From: Pelagomonas calceolata
Lineage: Eukaryota
Assembly (NCBI GenBank): GCA_918797485.1
Contig: CAKKNE010000002.1
Span: 806,001 to 870,000 of the forward strand
Direction of reading: 5' to 3'
Length of the DNA stretch: 64,000 bases
Shown here: positions 1 through 10,752 of the stretch, one piece after another
Position numbering within the stretch: position 1 is the first letter of the stretch
How the letters are laid out: the number at the start of each line of letters is the position of its first letter
The notes under the pieces: model-generated
Databases searched by the model: none
Told to the model about the DNA's origin: nothing
What the model saw: the letters and a program-made list of their open reading frames with translations, nothing else
Made by a program: the position numbers and the translations under genes

Positions 1-270
1 TTCTACGAGCGATGGGCCCGCGAGACGTTGCAGGGCGGCTCGCGGAAGCGCGGCCGCGACGACAGCCGCAGCCGCAGCCGCAGCCGCTCTCGCTCGCGCG
101 ACGCCTCCTCCGTCTCCCGGACCGAAAACTACTACGACTCCGAGGGTTCCTGCGACTCCGGCGACCGAATTTGCGGTTTCTCTCCCGGTGACGTCGAGGA
201 GCTCATGTGCCAGGGCGTCAAGCCCTGGGACGACGACGCGGGCGACGTGCTGGCCGCGCTCTACTACTAG
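1..270 (+). CDS. 3' end of a gene entering the window (RS-rich tract, C-terminal GFS..DVEEL.CQGVKPWDDDA motif, unknown function)
   Basis: Frame 1 is open from base 1 to TAG at 268-270; an A/T-rich spacer follows. Confidence 0.7.
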   Translation, partial: FYERWARETLQGGSRKRGRDDSRSRSRSRSRSRDASSVSRTENYYDSEGSCDSGDRICGFSPGDVEELMCQGVKPWDDDAGDVLAALYY

Positions 271-316
271 GATATAAGAAAACGGGTGTTACAAAACTGA
301 GGGGCGTGGGACACGA

Positions 317-698
317 CTAGTCCTCCTCCTCCGCGCCCTGCGTCAGCCGCGTGTTCAGCTCGTCGATCGTCGAGCGCAGTTCCTCGCGCTCCTTTTTGAG
401 ATCTTCGTTCTCCTGCCGCAGCGCGTCCACATCAATCCCCGTCGGCGCCCCCATGTACCTCTTGATGTAGTCGACGGCGTTCGGCGGCCGCTCGGGCTCC
501 TCGTAGAGGCCGACGAGCACCTTCGTCAGCGCGTCGATCACACCGCTCTTCTCGAGGTACCTGCGCGGAGCATCGCGTCCGAACGGCCAAGATGGACACG
601 AGTCGCGTCGACGGCGTGAAGGCGCCGCAGCACCGCGGGACGCCGAGAGCGCACTTGCGGAACTCCTCCTTCTTCGAGTCGGGCGTCTGGTACGCCAT
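317..698 (-). CDS. MYCBP: c-Myc-binding protein / AMY-1 homologue, 2 exons (698-655, 560-317)
   Basis: Spliced product MAYQTPDSKKEEFRKYLEKSGVIDALTKVLVGLYEEPERP.. is typical MYCBP; the GT-AG intron 561-654 restores the frame. Confidence 0.9.
561..654 (-). other. GT-AG intron (94 nt), introner-derived family 2
   Basis: gtgcgc...atgctccgcgcag; contains cacgccgtcgacgcg; shares four sequence blocks with intron 33567-33663. Confidence 0.85.
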
Positions 699-914
699 GG
701 TTGGGTGGCTGTGTTGCTTTGCTTAGAGCTAACTTGTGTTGTTAAAAGGCTGGAGGTGTGGCCGCGACGTCAACTCGCAAACCAGATACTTCCTAGCACA
801 CGCACGCCTCCAATGAAGCCGAATACGTTCACAGTGTACGCACAGCGTCAAAGGGAGGCAGCTATTTTGGCCGGCAGGCAGCCAGCCGCTATTTTGGGCT
901 AGTAGCTTTCGCTT

Positions 915-938
915 GCTAGTGTCTTACGGGCCGCTAGC
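915..938 (+). promoter_or_regulatory. GCTAG-box upstream motif
   Basis: gctagtgtcttacgggccgctagc, between divergent MYCBP and PP2C. Confidence 0.75.
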
Positions 939-1079
939 TCGGCTCGGCTTTGATCGACGTACGGCTTGCACAACTGCAGTTCTGGGCCTCCAGTGTTGCA
1001 TACTACATTGCTGTACTGCTGAGTCCACGCTGCCTAAATTGTAGCGGCATTGCTGCTGCTGCGGAGGAGCTAGGGTAGG

Positions 1080-2099
1080 ATGGGTGCAGCCCTCAGCAGC
1101 CCCCGGGAGGACCGGCCAAAGCTAAAGCCGGCCCGCAGCAGTTCACTGAGACGCATGTACGCATCAGCACGAGCGACGAGCTGGAGGGGCGCCGGCACGA
1201 CATCAATGGAAAACAGGGAGCGCCCGTCGCTCGACGACGAGCCCATCGAGAGAAGAGGCAGCGGCCAGACCGATACAGTAAGGTGGGGCGCCCACAACGC
1301 GCCGGCGCGCGCCGACGCGGACCGCTGGGCCGTCCACGTTTCTGGAGACGACGTCACGGCGGCGGTCTGCGACGGGCACGGTGTTGCCGGAGCGGCGCAC
1401 TGGGGCCGGGAGATCGCGGCGGAGGCGGCATCGATGCTCGCCGAGGGCATGGGGTTTGAGGCTTTTCAACAATTACATGAGGAGCGTTATGACGAGACGG
1501 TGCGCGCGGCCTTCGAGAAGCGTAGAGAGAGCTTCCGGGAGCAACACGGCTTCGACGCGCCCGGCGCCCTTCCCGCGGAGGGCGGCTGCACGGCGACGGT
1601 CGTGAACGTGGCACGTGGTTTACTAACTGTAAAATGGGTCGGCGACTCGCGCTGCGTTATTAAGGGGAGGGACGGGTCGGTTCGTGCGTTGACGACGGAC
1701 CACGCCGCATCGACGCATCGGGAGGAAGGGCTGAGGATCGAAAAGGCGGGCGGCGCCGTCGAGGGCGCCTACGTCGCCGCGCCGCGGGCCGAAGGTTTAT
1801 TGCAGGTCACGCGGTCGCTAGGGGACCGCGCGCACCATTTGGATGATGTGGTCCTGGCGACGCCGGAGGTCGTCTCTGTGTCGGTGGAGGACGCCGAGTT
1901 CGCGATCGTCGCGACGGACGGCGTCTGGGCCTTTGTGGACGATTCCCGAGCCGCCAGCGCGGTCGCCGACGCGCTATCAAAGTCGGACGACGTCTCCGCG
2001 GCCGCGGAGGCGCTCTCCAGCTTGGCGCGGGAGCGGGCCGCGGCCTCGCCGCGGGGCGTGGACGACATCGCGGTCATCGTTCTAGTGTTTAATTGTTAG
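1080..2099 (+). CDS. PP2C/PPM-type protein phosphatase
   Basis: Motifs VCDGHG, WVGDSR, LTTDH, VTRSLGD, VATDGVW, DDIAVIV. Confidence 0.9.
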   Translation: MGAALSSPREDRPKLKPARSSSLRRMYASARATSWRGAGTTSMENRERPSLDDEPIERRGSGQTDTVRWGAHNAPARADADRWAVHVSGDDVTAAVCDGHGVAGAAHWGREIAAEAASMLAEGMGFEAFQQLHEERYDETVRAAFEKRRESFREQHGFDAPGALPAEGGCTATVVNVARGLLTVKWVGDSRCVIKGRDGSVRALTTDHAASTHREEGLRIEKAGGAVEGAYVAAPRAEGLLQVTRSLGDRAHHLDDVVLATPEVVSVSVEDAEFAIVATDGVWAFVDDSRAASAVADALSKSDDVSAAAEALSSLARERAAASPRGVDDIAVIVLVFNC

Positions 2100-2103
2100 T
2101 TGT

Positions 2104-3289
2104 CTATAGAGCTGGCAAAGCCTTCTTGCCCCGCAGACGACGGATCAGGCGTACGGTCCCAAAGATGGCCCGGAACGCTAACCGTAAAGGGAAGGACAAC
2201 GCGTAGGCCGCCGCGTCCTTCGCGAATTCGCGGAGGCCCTCGAGACGCGCCGCGCCGGCCCCCAGGCCGCGCATGCGCTTGACGACGCGCTGGCCGTAGA
2301 CGCGCGCCGCCCAGTCCGATTTACAACCGCGCTTGATGAGCATCCGCCGCGCCTGGCGCCTTCTTCGTCCTTCTTCCGAGAACACCAGCGACGCAATGGG
2401 CCGGAGGACCGTGAGGGCCAGGCCCAGGATCAAGCCGTTATTCTTGATAGTGGGCCTGCCGGCCGAGTTCGGCTTCGATTCCTGAACGTTCTTGCCGATC
2501 GCGGGCACGTCCACCTTCTGGTCCCCGTAGACGCCGACGGCGTTGAGCTTGACCGCGAAGGGCCCGTCCCGGAAGTTCTCGACCTCGGTCATATTGACCG
2601 AGGCGGCGCCGAACCGCGACAAAGTCAGCCCGAAGCCGTAGACGCTGGCGCACTGCGTCGCATTTAAGGGCGGCGCCCCTTCCACGATGCGCGGGCCCCG
2701 TACGAGCTTAAAGTCCGAGAAGGGAACGAACGTCGGCCCGCCCACGCCGTCGGGGCCGCGCGGCGCCCACTCGGCCGAGTACACGATCTCGGACCGCGAC
2801 GCCGCCGTCCTGAGCGTAAGTTTCCAGGCCCGTCGCGCGACGTCGGCGTCCGAGGTCAGGATGGCGTCGACGTAGACGCCGTCCGCTTTCGACAGGTCGA
2901 GGGGCGCGTCGAGGGCCTGCATGAAAATATCAACCGGTGAGTCGCGTGCCTGGCTGCTGGAAACTTGATTCGACACTGTCCGAGACCGCCGTGCGCGTGC
3001 CGCAGAAGCCGCCGCCGTCCGTGCGCACAATGCCGCGCCACTCCGCGCCGCCGTCGCCGACGACGATCTTCGAGCTACTGACGCCGCCCATGACCACATC
3101 GTCAATTCTTTCCCAGAGCGCCGCCGTCGCCTCCGGTGCGGCGTCGAAGTTAAACACCGGCGTCCGCTCCCGCTCGTAGGCAGCCGTGGTGCTTCGGAGC
3201 GGCGGCGTCCGGCGGAGAGCAAATCTTGGGGAGACCAATGCGGTGGCTGCTTGCAGCAAAGCGATGCATAGTGCTGTGGAGCGCAGCAT
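2104..3289 (-). CDS. CIA30 (NDUFAF1-like) domain protein with signal peptide, probably plastid-targeted; 2 exons (3289-2987, 2916-2104)
   Basis: WERIDDVVMGGVSSS and GGGFCGTR CIA30 motifs; VPFSDF downstream; hydrophobic N-terminus ending ATA-L; the intron restores the frame. Confidence 0.8.
2917..2986 (-). mobile_element. Decayed TIR introner intron (70 nt)
   Basis: GT donor lies 8 nt before the degenerate TIR cagtgtcgaatcaa; 3' end caccggttgatattttcatgcag resembles cactggttgatttccacacag. Confidence 0.65.
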
Positions 3290-3388
3290 GTCTACAGCGG
3301 GATGATCGAGACTCGTCGATGAGCGACTGATAAAGTTAGAGCGAGACAGCCCGCGCAAGAGGCCTGCCAAGCTGGCGCCGAGGGCTTT

Positions 3389-3412
3389 CTAGTGTCTTTA
3401 CATGCCGCTAGC
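3389..3412 (+). promoter_or_regulatory. GCTAG-box upstream motif
   Basis: ctagtgtctttacatgccgctagc, in a divergent region. Confidence 0.7.
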
Positions 3413-3462
3413 AATTGGTAGCATCTGTGTGTGCGAGTTTCACCAATAAACTAATTACGATA

Positions 3463-5373
3463 ATGCCGTCGGTAGACGAACTCGCCGCGAATGATCCATA
3501 CGACGTCGAGGCGGCCACGCGGGCCGCCAAGAAGATGACATCCAATCAGCTCCGCGACCGGCTGACCGCCGCCGCTGCGGACGCCTCGGGGCTCAAACCG
3601 GCGCTCGTCGAAAAGTGGGTCGCCACGGCGCGAGAGGTGGCCGTCGCCAAGAAGACGAAACTCGTCACGGGCGAGGACGTCGCGCGCGTTTCGGACGCGA
3701 TTGGCTGGCGCGCGCTCGCAGGCTACGTCGGCCTGGACGCTCGTGCGGCGCTCGCGGCGTCGAGCCGCGCGGGCCTCGCGGCGGGCAACGCGCTCGACGC
3801 CGCCCCGGAGTGGTGGCGGGCCTGCGCGTGCGAGCATCTCGACTTCGAGGACGACCCGTGGGACGACTGGCGCAAGGCCCCTGTCTCCGACACGCACTCA
3901 TGCTGGCCGCTCGCCGCGCGCCTCGTGTCGGGCGGCGCCGACCGGCGGCTCGAGCTCGCGAACGCGCGACGCGTCGCCCGCGAGGACCCGGGCGAGGACG
4001 ACCAGGGCTCGGACTCGGAGGAAAGTCGCTTCGTCGACCCGATCGAGCGCGTCTGCCGGAACCTCGACGCGCTCGCGACAGTCGCCGTCGGCGAGGCCGC
4101 CGCGCCCGTCGCCGTCTCCTGCTGCGGCGACGTGGGCTCGCTCCTGCCGCGGCTCTGGGTCCCGGCGCTCGACCAGGCGCTCGAACTGCCGCTCGAGCCG
4201 GCGGCTCTGCGCGCGCTCGTCGCCAAGGTCGGCCGGCGGGCGCCGCTCGGCAAGGGGACCGAGACCGTCGTCGACCTCGACGCGCGGCGGACCTGGCGCT
4301 TCGGCCTCGGTACCGACGTCCTCGCGACGGCTCCTGACTGGACGTCAGCGTTCTCGTCGTCGGGCGGCGACCGGTCGGCGATCCTCGACGAGATCAAGCT
4401 CAAGCTTGCGCCCGCGCTGTCCGGGCGCGGCGAGGTCGTGGCGCAGCCCTACCAAATGCTCGTGTATGAGGAGGGCGACTTCTTCAAGCCGCACCGCGAC
4501 ACCGCGCGGGCCCCGAGCCACTTCGGCTCGTTGGTCGTCAACCTGCCCGTCGTCGGCGGAGCCGAGGGCGGCGACTTGATTCTGCGCGCGCGCGACGAGG
4601 ACGACGTGGTGCTGCCCGCGGCGCGGCCGGGCGCGGCGCCGCTGTGGGCGGCCTTCTACGCGGACGTCGCGCACGAGGTGTTGCCGGTGACCCGCGGCCT
4701 ACGCGTCACGCTGACCTACCACCTCTACGCCGCGGGCTTCGGCGACGTGCCGCGCCTTCCCGCGTCGCTCCTCCGCACGGGCGAGGCCGGGAGTCTCACG
4801 ATCCTCGGGGCCGCGCTGAACTGGACCATGCGCCGGTTCAATCGTCCCACCACCCGGTTCGAGCGCACCACCCCCCTCGCCTTCGCGCTTGCGCACAAGT
4901 ACACGACGAACACGCTCCCGAACGTGCGTGCGGAGGACGAGGAGGGCAACGAGATCTGGACGCGCGACCCGGCCCGCCTCCGCGGCCGCGATGCGGTGCT
5001 CTACGCGACGCTCGACAAGGCGCTCCGCGCGTACTGCGGCCCGAACCCGGGCGACGACGACTTCGACGACGACATGTGTTACATGCCGAGGCCGCCCCTC
5101 CGCGTCGAGCTCATCAAGATCCGCGACTTTGTGCCGCCGCGCGACGGCGAGGCGCCGAAGTTTTGGGTCGGCGATATAAATACATGGGACGGCAATTGGT
5201 CGGGTCGCGGGCAACGCACGAGATTCGTGAACCGCGACGAACTCGCGGAAACGCTCAAGCGCGCGGTGCCCGAGCGCACGAGCCTCTACACGGGCAACGA
5301 GGGCATGGAGTCCGGCTACATCTACACCTCCGCGGTCATCAAGCTGGCCGAGTCCGGTATTGGTGATTACTGA
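3463..5373 (+). CDS. 2OG-Fe(II) dioxygenase with N-terminal SAP-like and F-box-like segments
   Basis: YEEGDFFKPHRDT (HxD), HEVLPVTRGLRVTLTY (distal H, R); SAP-like KMTSNQLRDRL..SGLKPALVEKW. Confidence 0.8.
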   Translation: MPSVDELAANDPYDVEAATRAAKKMTSNQLRDRLTAAAADASGLKPALVEKWVATAREVAVAKKTKLVTGEDVARVSDAIGWRALAGYVGLDARAALAASSRAGLAAGNALDAAPEWWRACACEHLDFEDDPWDDWRKAPVSDTHSCWPLAARLVSGGADRRLELANARRVAREDPGEDDQGSDSEESRFVDPIERVCRNLDALATVAVGEAAAPVAVSCCGDVGSLLPRLWVPALDQALELPLEPAALRALVAKVGRRAPLGKGTETVVDLDARRTWRFGLGTDVLATAPDWTSAFSSSGGDRSAILDEIKLKLAPALSGRGEVVAQPYQMLVYEEGDFFKPHRDTARAPSHFGSLVVNLPVVGGAEGGDLILRARDEDDVVLPAARPGAAPLWAAFYADVAHEVLPVTRGLRVTLTYHLYAAGFGDVPRLPASLLRTGEAGSLTILGAALNWTMRRFNRPTTRFERTTPLAFALAHKYTTNTLPNVRAEDEEGNEIWTRDPARLRGRDAVLYATLDKALRAYCGPNPGDDDFDDDMCYMPRPPLRVELIKIRDFVPPRDGEAPKFWVGDINTWDGNWSGRGQRTRFVNRDELAETLKRAVPERTSLYTGNEGMESGYIYTSAVIKLAESGIGDY

Positions 5374-5402
5374 TTTATGCCCCTCCGCTCCCGAGTATTT
5401 AG

Positions 5403-5425
5403 GTAGCAGTCAGTAACACACTAGC
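5403..5425 (-). promoter_or_regulatory. GCTAG-box upstream motif (variant)
   Basis: Reverse complement gctagtgtgttactgactgctac, ~140 bp upstream of ATG 5563. Confidence 0.55.
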
Positions 5426-5562
5426 AAACACAAAAGCCAAGGTTTACACACGGTGACTTTATAGGACACACAGCCGCCGGTCAACACAGTGACGCGTCAT
5501 CAGTTTTCATAAAAAAAGGTGCTCTTGAAGACTAGCCCCGTTGTCATACAAGAAATGCATTC

Positions 5563-6159
5563 ATGCGGCATCTGAGACCACTGCTCCTTGCAGCCTGCAG
5601 TTCGCTGCTGCAGCACTGTGCTGCGCTCAGCGGTGCAGGACGACGGCTTTCGAAGCCGGCAGCACAACCGCCGACGCTGTCGCGCAGTCGTTTGCTGCGC
5701 GCGTTCGGCGGCGCGATGATAACAACGCTCCCGCTACGAGCCGACGCCGTCGACTGCCTCGGCGAAGCGGAAAAGGCCCAACGATTGATAAGGACCACGC
5801 TCGCCATCTATGCGGACGACGGCGACCCGGCGCCGTTACGACCCGTGGCGAAGACCATCGCGAAGCCGGACTCGCCCCTCCGCCAGTGTTTGGAGCGGGC
5901 CTACTACCTCCCGAACGACCAATTGGATGAAACGACGCGGAACCATGCCAGAGACGCCCTGGAGTACGCGGCGTCCGTCGTCGAGTTCGACGCCTTTGAT
6001 AGGGTGTGGAAGACGTCGCAGCCGAAGCAGTCGCTGACGCAGTACACCGCGGAGGGCCTCCAGTACTCGAAGCGGGCGCTGGAGGCCGTCGACCGGGAGC
6101 TGGGGTTGTTCGTCTTCGGCTGCAAGGTCAAGGGGAGGTCCTATTTTGGGGTGTCATAA
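5563..6159 (+). CDS. Probable plastid thylakoid-lumen helical protein of unknown function
   Basis: Signal peptide, then an Arg-rich SRSRLL..hydrophobic..ADA second (lumen-like) signal. Confidence 0.6.
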   Translation: MRHLRPLLLAACSSLLQHCAALSGAGRRLSKPAAQPPTLSRSRLLRAFGGAMITTLPLRADAVDCLGEAEKAQRLIRTTLAIYADDGDPAPLRPVAKTIAKPDSPLRQCLERAYYLPNDQLDETTRNHARDALEYAASVVEFDAFDRVWKTSQPKQSLTQYTAEGLQYSKRALEAVDRELGLFVFGCKVKGRSYFGVS

Positions 6160-6353
6160 GTTGCTGCATGAAAAGCCTTCGTCACGGTCGCCTTCGAGCT
6201 AACAAAGTAGCTACTAGTAACACTCGGGGCGCCGACGACGTACGGGGCGGGCGGGCGGTCACGTAACCCCGCGGCGGCTTGGTGGCTAGGCGGCCTCGCT
6301 CTAAGCAAAGCAAAGGCGCGACACACTAGTCAAGGGTCATAAATCACATACTG

Positions 6354-7895
6354 TTAATCTTCGGGCGGCGGGGCCGGCGGTTCCAATTCGGGACACTCCG
6401 CCTCGCCGCCCAGCTGCTTCGGCAGGTGGTCCGCCGCCACACTCCTAAGAATCTCGCGCGACTCGAGCGCGTGGATCGTGATCTGGCGCGCGACGTGCGC
6501 CGGGACCACGCTCGTCAGCGCCCTCCTGAAGATCGCGGCGATCGTCGGCTGGCAGTTCACGATGTGCAGCTTGCCCACAATAAAAGGATAGTAGTTCAGG
6601 AACATCTGCACGGCCTGGACCACGGCGGGAATGAGCGTAGGCATCATCACGCTGCCGAAGGTGCAGCCTTTCATGTCCGTGATCGCGCACAGCCGCGTGA
6701 TCTCGCCCCAGCCCTCATCCAAGAGAGGGGGGTCGTCCACGGGCTGGCCTAACCGTTTTCTTTCTTCAAACTTCTTCTTCACTGAGGCAAGAATGACGGC
6801 TTCTCTCGCCCGCGAGATGCGCTCCATCTGGCTCCCATTATACTCGGCGCCCATCTGCGAGAAGGCTACTAATTCGGCCGTCGAGAACTGCCGTAAATGC
6901 GCCCTCAGGTACGGCGCCGGCCAGTGGAACGCCTGGTATACAGTAACGGCGTGGCCCTCGCGGTCGAAGTACTTATCCGAGCACTGGATCAGCCTAAGGC
7001 ATTGGTACATGACGTCGCCGTGGGGCCACTTCGACGGGTCGGGACCGTCACTTGGTACTTTCGCGCGTAGATCATCCGCGTTCGTGTCTCTCCGCCACGC
7101 CAAGTACTCCCCTACTTTCTTGACAGCTAGATCCTCATCTCGGTCCGGATCCATCCTTAGTACTCTCAGTAGTCGTCGATCACCATAAACATCAGCGTAT
7201 GGAGTCACCGCTGCAAATTCGGCAGAATACGTCTCCCGACAGCGTTTCAGGAAGCGTCTCTCCGAATTGGACCACCTGCTTGGTAATTTGGCCTCGACCA
7301 TCCAGGGCTCCTCGATATCATCCAATGACTCAGGTAGTTCGGGAATGGGCCGCGGTGGCACTCGCTCGAGAGAGCCACCCCAGCAGGCCATTAGTTTCCG
7401 CGACGGCGACATCGGTTCATCATACTGTCGTTCTTTGGGTGGCGCGAAGAGGAACGGTAGGTAGGACGGCAGCAGGTTGTACGCTGTCAGGAAGGCAATA
7501 ATCCCCCATCCGACGGCGCGCGGTGGCCACGCGCCGCACCGGATCAAACCTCTGGCAACGGCGTAGCCTAATGCGGTTGATGCCGCGACCGTCAGTAGGA
7601 AAGGCATAAACGAGGGCTGGGACAGGCTCTTGCGCCGCTGCGGGATCCGCCGCCTTCCGGCAGGGCCGTCCGCGGCGTGGCGCCGCGACTCCGCCGAGCA
7701 GTTTAACAGAGGCGCGCCGGCACCCAAGGCCTTAGTCTTGGTGTCCTTGACGCGGCTCGGGACGCGGCGCGGCCGGTCGCGCGCGAGCGGCGCGTCCGTG
7801 CCGAGGAGCGCGCTCGCGCGGTGCGCGCGGCCGTTGCGCGGCGGCGAGTTTTTTCTAGGCGGCGTGCCGCCATTCCGCGGCGGCGTGCTGCTCAT
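6354..7895 (-). CDS. CRAL-TRIO/Sec14-like lipid-binding protein with two predicted transmembrane (TM) helices
   Basis: DRRLLRVLR..YLAWRR (CRAL-TRIO N), ITDMKG, YYPFIVGKLHIVN, LPKQLGG. Confidence 0.85.
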   Translation of the reverse strand: MSSTPPRNGGTPPRKNSPPRNGRAHRASALLGTDAPLARDRPRRVPSRVKDTKTKALGAGAPLLNCSAESRRHAADGPAGRRRIPQRRKSLSQPSFMPFLLTVAASTALGYAVARGLIRCGAWPPRAVGWGIIAFLTAYNLLPSYLPFLFAPPKERQYDEPMSPSRKLMACWGGSLERVPPRPIPELPESLDDIEEPWMVEAKLPSRWSNSERRFLKRCRETYSAEFAAVTPYADVYGDRRLLRVLRMDPDRDEDLAVKKVGEYLAWRRDTNADDLRAKVPSDGPDPSKWPHGDVMYQCLRLIQCSDKYFDREGHAVTVYQAFHWPAPYLRAHLRQFSTAELVAFSQMGAEYNGSQMERISRAREAVILASVKKKFEERKRLGQPVDDPPLLDEGWGEITRLCAITDMKGCTFGSVMMPTLIPAVVQAVQMFLNYYPFIVGKLHIVNCQPTIAAIFRRALTSVVPAHVARQITIHALESREILRSVAADHLPKQLGGEAECPELEPPAPPPED

Positions 7896-8055
7896 TTGTC
7901 TCTTCCCGACTCGGGGCTTGCACGGGGCACAGGGCGCTTACGCGTCGCCGCGCTGCGCGCAGAGCGACGCGCTGTGCAGGAGCGATCTCTGGCCCAGATG
8001 TGCGCCAATTTGCACTCGCGCAAAGACAAAGTGGCCGCCGCGGCGCTGCTTGCTT

Positions 8056-8079
8056 GCTAGTGCCTTACAGGACGCTAGC
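8056..8079 (+). promoter_or_regulatory. GCTAG-box upstream motif
   Basis: gctagtgccttacaggacgctagc, in a divergent region. Confidence 0.7.
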
Positions 8080-8282
8080 ATTATCGACTCAGCGCTTGCT
8101 CTTTTGTACTCCAAACGCAGCCCAAGCCGGCGACCAGCGGGTCTGGCGAGACCACTCGGCCCCTCCCGGGTCCTGGGCCCACGCGTGCTCCCACTTTTGG
8201 GTCCTGCCGTGGGTGGTCTATGTAGCTGCAAGACAGGGCAGCCCCCACAACAAGCACCACTGGACGCCATCGACGCGACAAG

Positions 8283-9974
8283 ATGACGTGGCCGAGTAGG
8301 GCCCTCGCGGACCCGCCCGAGGACTACCATGCGGCCCTCCAGGACATGCCGCCGCCCACTTCTGAGGTAAGAATGATGGACCCGATGGAAGAAAAGAAAA
8401 AGTCCGTCTGGAAGCATAGCGACTTAAATATTGCGTGCCACAACCAGATGTGCCGCGTGAACCATCCCGTGTTTGCCGGGGTGTGTATTGGTTGTGGCCA
8501 TTGGGTGCGGAAAGCTGATGTACCTGGCTATAATAAGGCTCCTCGTATCGAGAACGTCGACGTGCCCTATGCCTTGCTACGGGCAGCGAGATACCACAAG
8601 AATAGGAGGGAGGAGGATCCTCCTCCATACGGCGCGCGACGCATGCGCGAATCGGGCTGGATCCCGGCAGAAGGCAAGCCCCACCCCATGTGCTTCTGGG
8701 CCTTGCCTGTTCTGCCGAAGGACCACTACGAGCGGGTCTACGACGCGGATAAGTCGCGGCATTTGCGAGATGCCGCGATGACAGGGGATATACAGATGCT
8801 CAAAGAAGTCTTAGGTTATGAGAACATCGACGTGAACGCCAGAGCCGAGGACGAGTGCACCGCTCTCCATTTAGCGGCGCAAAATGGGGAATTGAAAGTA
8901 GTCCAGATTTTACTGGATGATGGGCGATGCGACGTCGACGCGTTGGAGCATAGAGATTCGACGGCCGCACACCTCGCCGCGAGACAGGGCTTCACGGACG
9001 TCGTGGAATTGCTCGCGACGCACCCGCGAGCCATCGGGAACATGGCCCTCAGAGATTACGATGGAAGGACCCCGGCGGACGTCGCGTACGCCGCAGGGCA
9101 TGTCAGTTGCGGCGACGCCATCGCTAAATTAACAACGGATGCATTAGGTATGAGGTTAAGAAAGTGGGCGGCGAAAGAGGCGGAACGCATGCTCTTCGCC
9201 ACGAAGCGGTACTCGATACTGTACGGGCGGGACCCGGAGCCCTACTCGCTGCCCTTCAGCTTCGCCGAGGAGCCGCCCATCTTCAAGGAAGCTGTTGAAG
9301 AGGACGAGGCCGAGGCGCCCGCGCCGGCCGTCGACGATGATCATTCCGACGACGGCTTCTCGGACGGCGAGGCCGTCCTCATAGAACAAATCGTCTCGGA
9401 CGCCGACGCGGCCGCGCCGGCGCCGAGCCTATCTAGAAGGACATATCCGCCTTTACCGACGGCGGACCCCGAACACGTCAAACGAGCCCATCAGGCGGCG
9501 CATGTCGCGCTGGCCAAAGTCGCGGCGACGGCCGTCGTCCTGCCCATCTTCAAGCACGTGTCGGCGTCCGTGTCGCGGGGCGAGCGCATCGACCACGACC
9601 CAAATCCGGACCTCAGGGAGCGGAAGCTGCTCCACGATAGGTGGCGGGCCGAGCGCACGGTGGCAAGGGCGTTGCAGGACGAGCAGGACCGCGCCGCGGC
9701 GCGCCTGCAGGCCATCACGCGCGGCAACGCCGAGCGGAGCCGCAAGGGCAAGCGACGGCGTCGCAAGACGAGAGCGCCGCCGCCGCCGCCGGACCCGCGG
9801 CGCCGCGTGCTGCGGAAGGGCCGGTCCGGCTTCGCCCTGCCGGCGGCGCCCTCTCGTCAAGGGCGCTACCGGTCCCTGCGCGCCGCCGCCGACGACTCGG
9901 AGAGCGAGTACGAGGACGACGACGAGCCGCGGTGCCGGCCGGTGCTGCGGATGAAGGATAATGTGAGGAATTAA
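8283..9974 (+). CDS. Ankyrin-repeat protein with C-terminal IQ-like motif (start uncertain)
   Basis: TALHLAAQNG, TAAHLAARQG, GRTPADVA; AAARLQAITRG. Confidence 0.8.
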   Translation: MTWPSRALADPPEDYHAALQDMPPPTSEVRMMDPMEEKKKSVWKHSDLNIACHNQMCRVNHPVFAGVCIGCGHWVRKADVPGYNKAPRIENVDVPYALLRAARYHKNRREEDPPPYGARRMRESGWIPAEGKPHPMCFWALPVLPKDHYERVYDADKSRHLRDAAMTGDIQMLKEVLGYENIDVNARAEDECTALHLAAQNGELKVVQILLDDGRCDVDALEHRDSTAAHLAARQGFTDVVELLATHPRAIGNMALRDYDGRTPADVAYAAGHVSCGDAIAKLTTDALGMRLRKWAAKEAERMLFATKRYSILYGRDPEPYSLPFSFAEEPPIFKEAVEEDEAEAPAPAVDDDHSDDGFSDGEAVLIEQIVSDADAAAPAPSLSRRTYPPLPTADPEHVKRAHQAAHVALAKVAATAVVLPIFKHVSASVSRGERIDHDPNPDLRERKLLHDRWRAERTVARALQDEQDRAAARLQAITRGNAERSRKGKRRRRKTRAPPPPPDPRRRVLRKGRSGFALPAAPSRQGRYRSLRAAADDSESEYEDDDEPRCRPVLRMKDNVRN

Positions 9975-9978
9975 CTGC

Positions 9979-10410
9979 TTAGTAGAATCCTACGTGAAAC
10001 GCGAAGTCGACCATGTGAGAGATTGCGTCGGCGGGCATGTGGGTGAGTTTTGGGGCGAGCATGGCGACAAGGCGCACGCGATGCGCCCTTTCGTGGGCGG
10101 TGAAGCCCCCGGCTGCGATGACCTTCTTTAGGTACCGGTCCAACGGATCCGGTAACACCCGGGGGAGAGACCCCTGGAGTTGTGACGCGGCGACGACGCG
10201 GGTAATCTCTTCGGCCGAGATGTGAGCTCCGGCGCGCAGGAGTAGCGACACGACGACTCGGCAATTTTTGAGATCTATGGCCCGGTGTCTTCGATGTTGC
10301 TCCCGGTCCCTCTCCTCGTCTGAATCGTCTTCAGATTCAGAATCCGAAGCCCCAATGCTGGCGCCCTGCTCCCTAATAATCGTAACCAGTGCGAAACCCA
10401 GCGCCGGGGT
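9979..10410 (-). pseudogene. Truncated C-terminal fragment of an ankyrin-type gene (ends FHVGFY)
   Basis: Frame open 10410-9979 with an ankyrin-like HRAIDLKNCRVVVSLLLRAGA; upstream stop at 10411-10413 and no ATG before the conserved part. Confidence 0.45.
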
Positions 10411-10752
10411 CTATCGCATTCGCCCTGCGAGGGCGAGCCGCTGTTGTGGCACGCGCACAGAGCGGACCGCGTCAAGTGGGCGCGGATCCACAAGCACGGC
10501 GCGGCGGAGGTCTGTGGTTTTGTTGTGTAATCTTATTCCAATTCAATTAGGTTTCGCGCGCCTGGAAGAATTCGCATTTATTCGGGTCGCCTGGCCTCTC
10601 CGGCGCCGATAAGGGTCACTCCGACGTGCGAGGCGCCTCGGGCAACAAATTTGATTGCCCACAGTGGCAACGAAGTGCCGGGGCAGCGCGCGCACCCACA
10701 CAATCCGGCTTCTAGTTTGCGAAGCCGCGGCCATCAAAGTCGACCCAACCAC

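Noticed and set aside
61..100. (agccgc)n microsatellite
   Set aside because: It simply encodes the RS dipeptide tract of the first CDS.
858..900. Short duplicated gctattttgg / cagcccaaa motifs in some upstream regions (also ~58973-59009, 18441-18463)
   Set aside because: They are too short and variable to support by eye; motif-enrichment statistics would be needed.
6321..6330. Half-site acacactagt (and ctagtgtt at 51990) in convergent spacers
   Set aside because: Only one arm is present, the TCTTAC core and second arm are missing, and such short matches are expected by chance.
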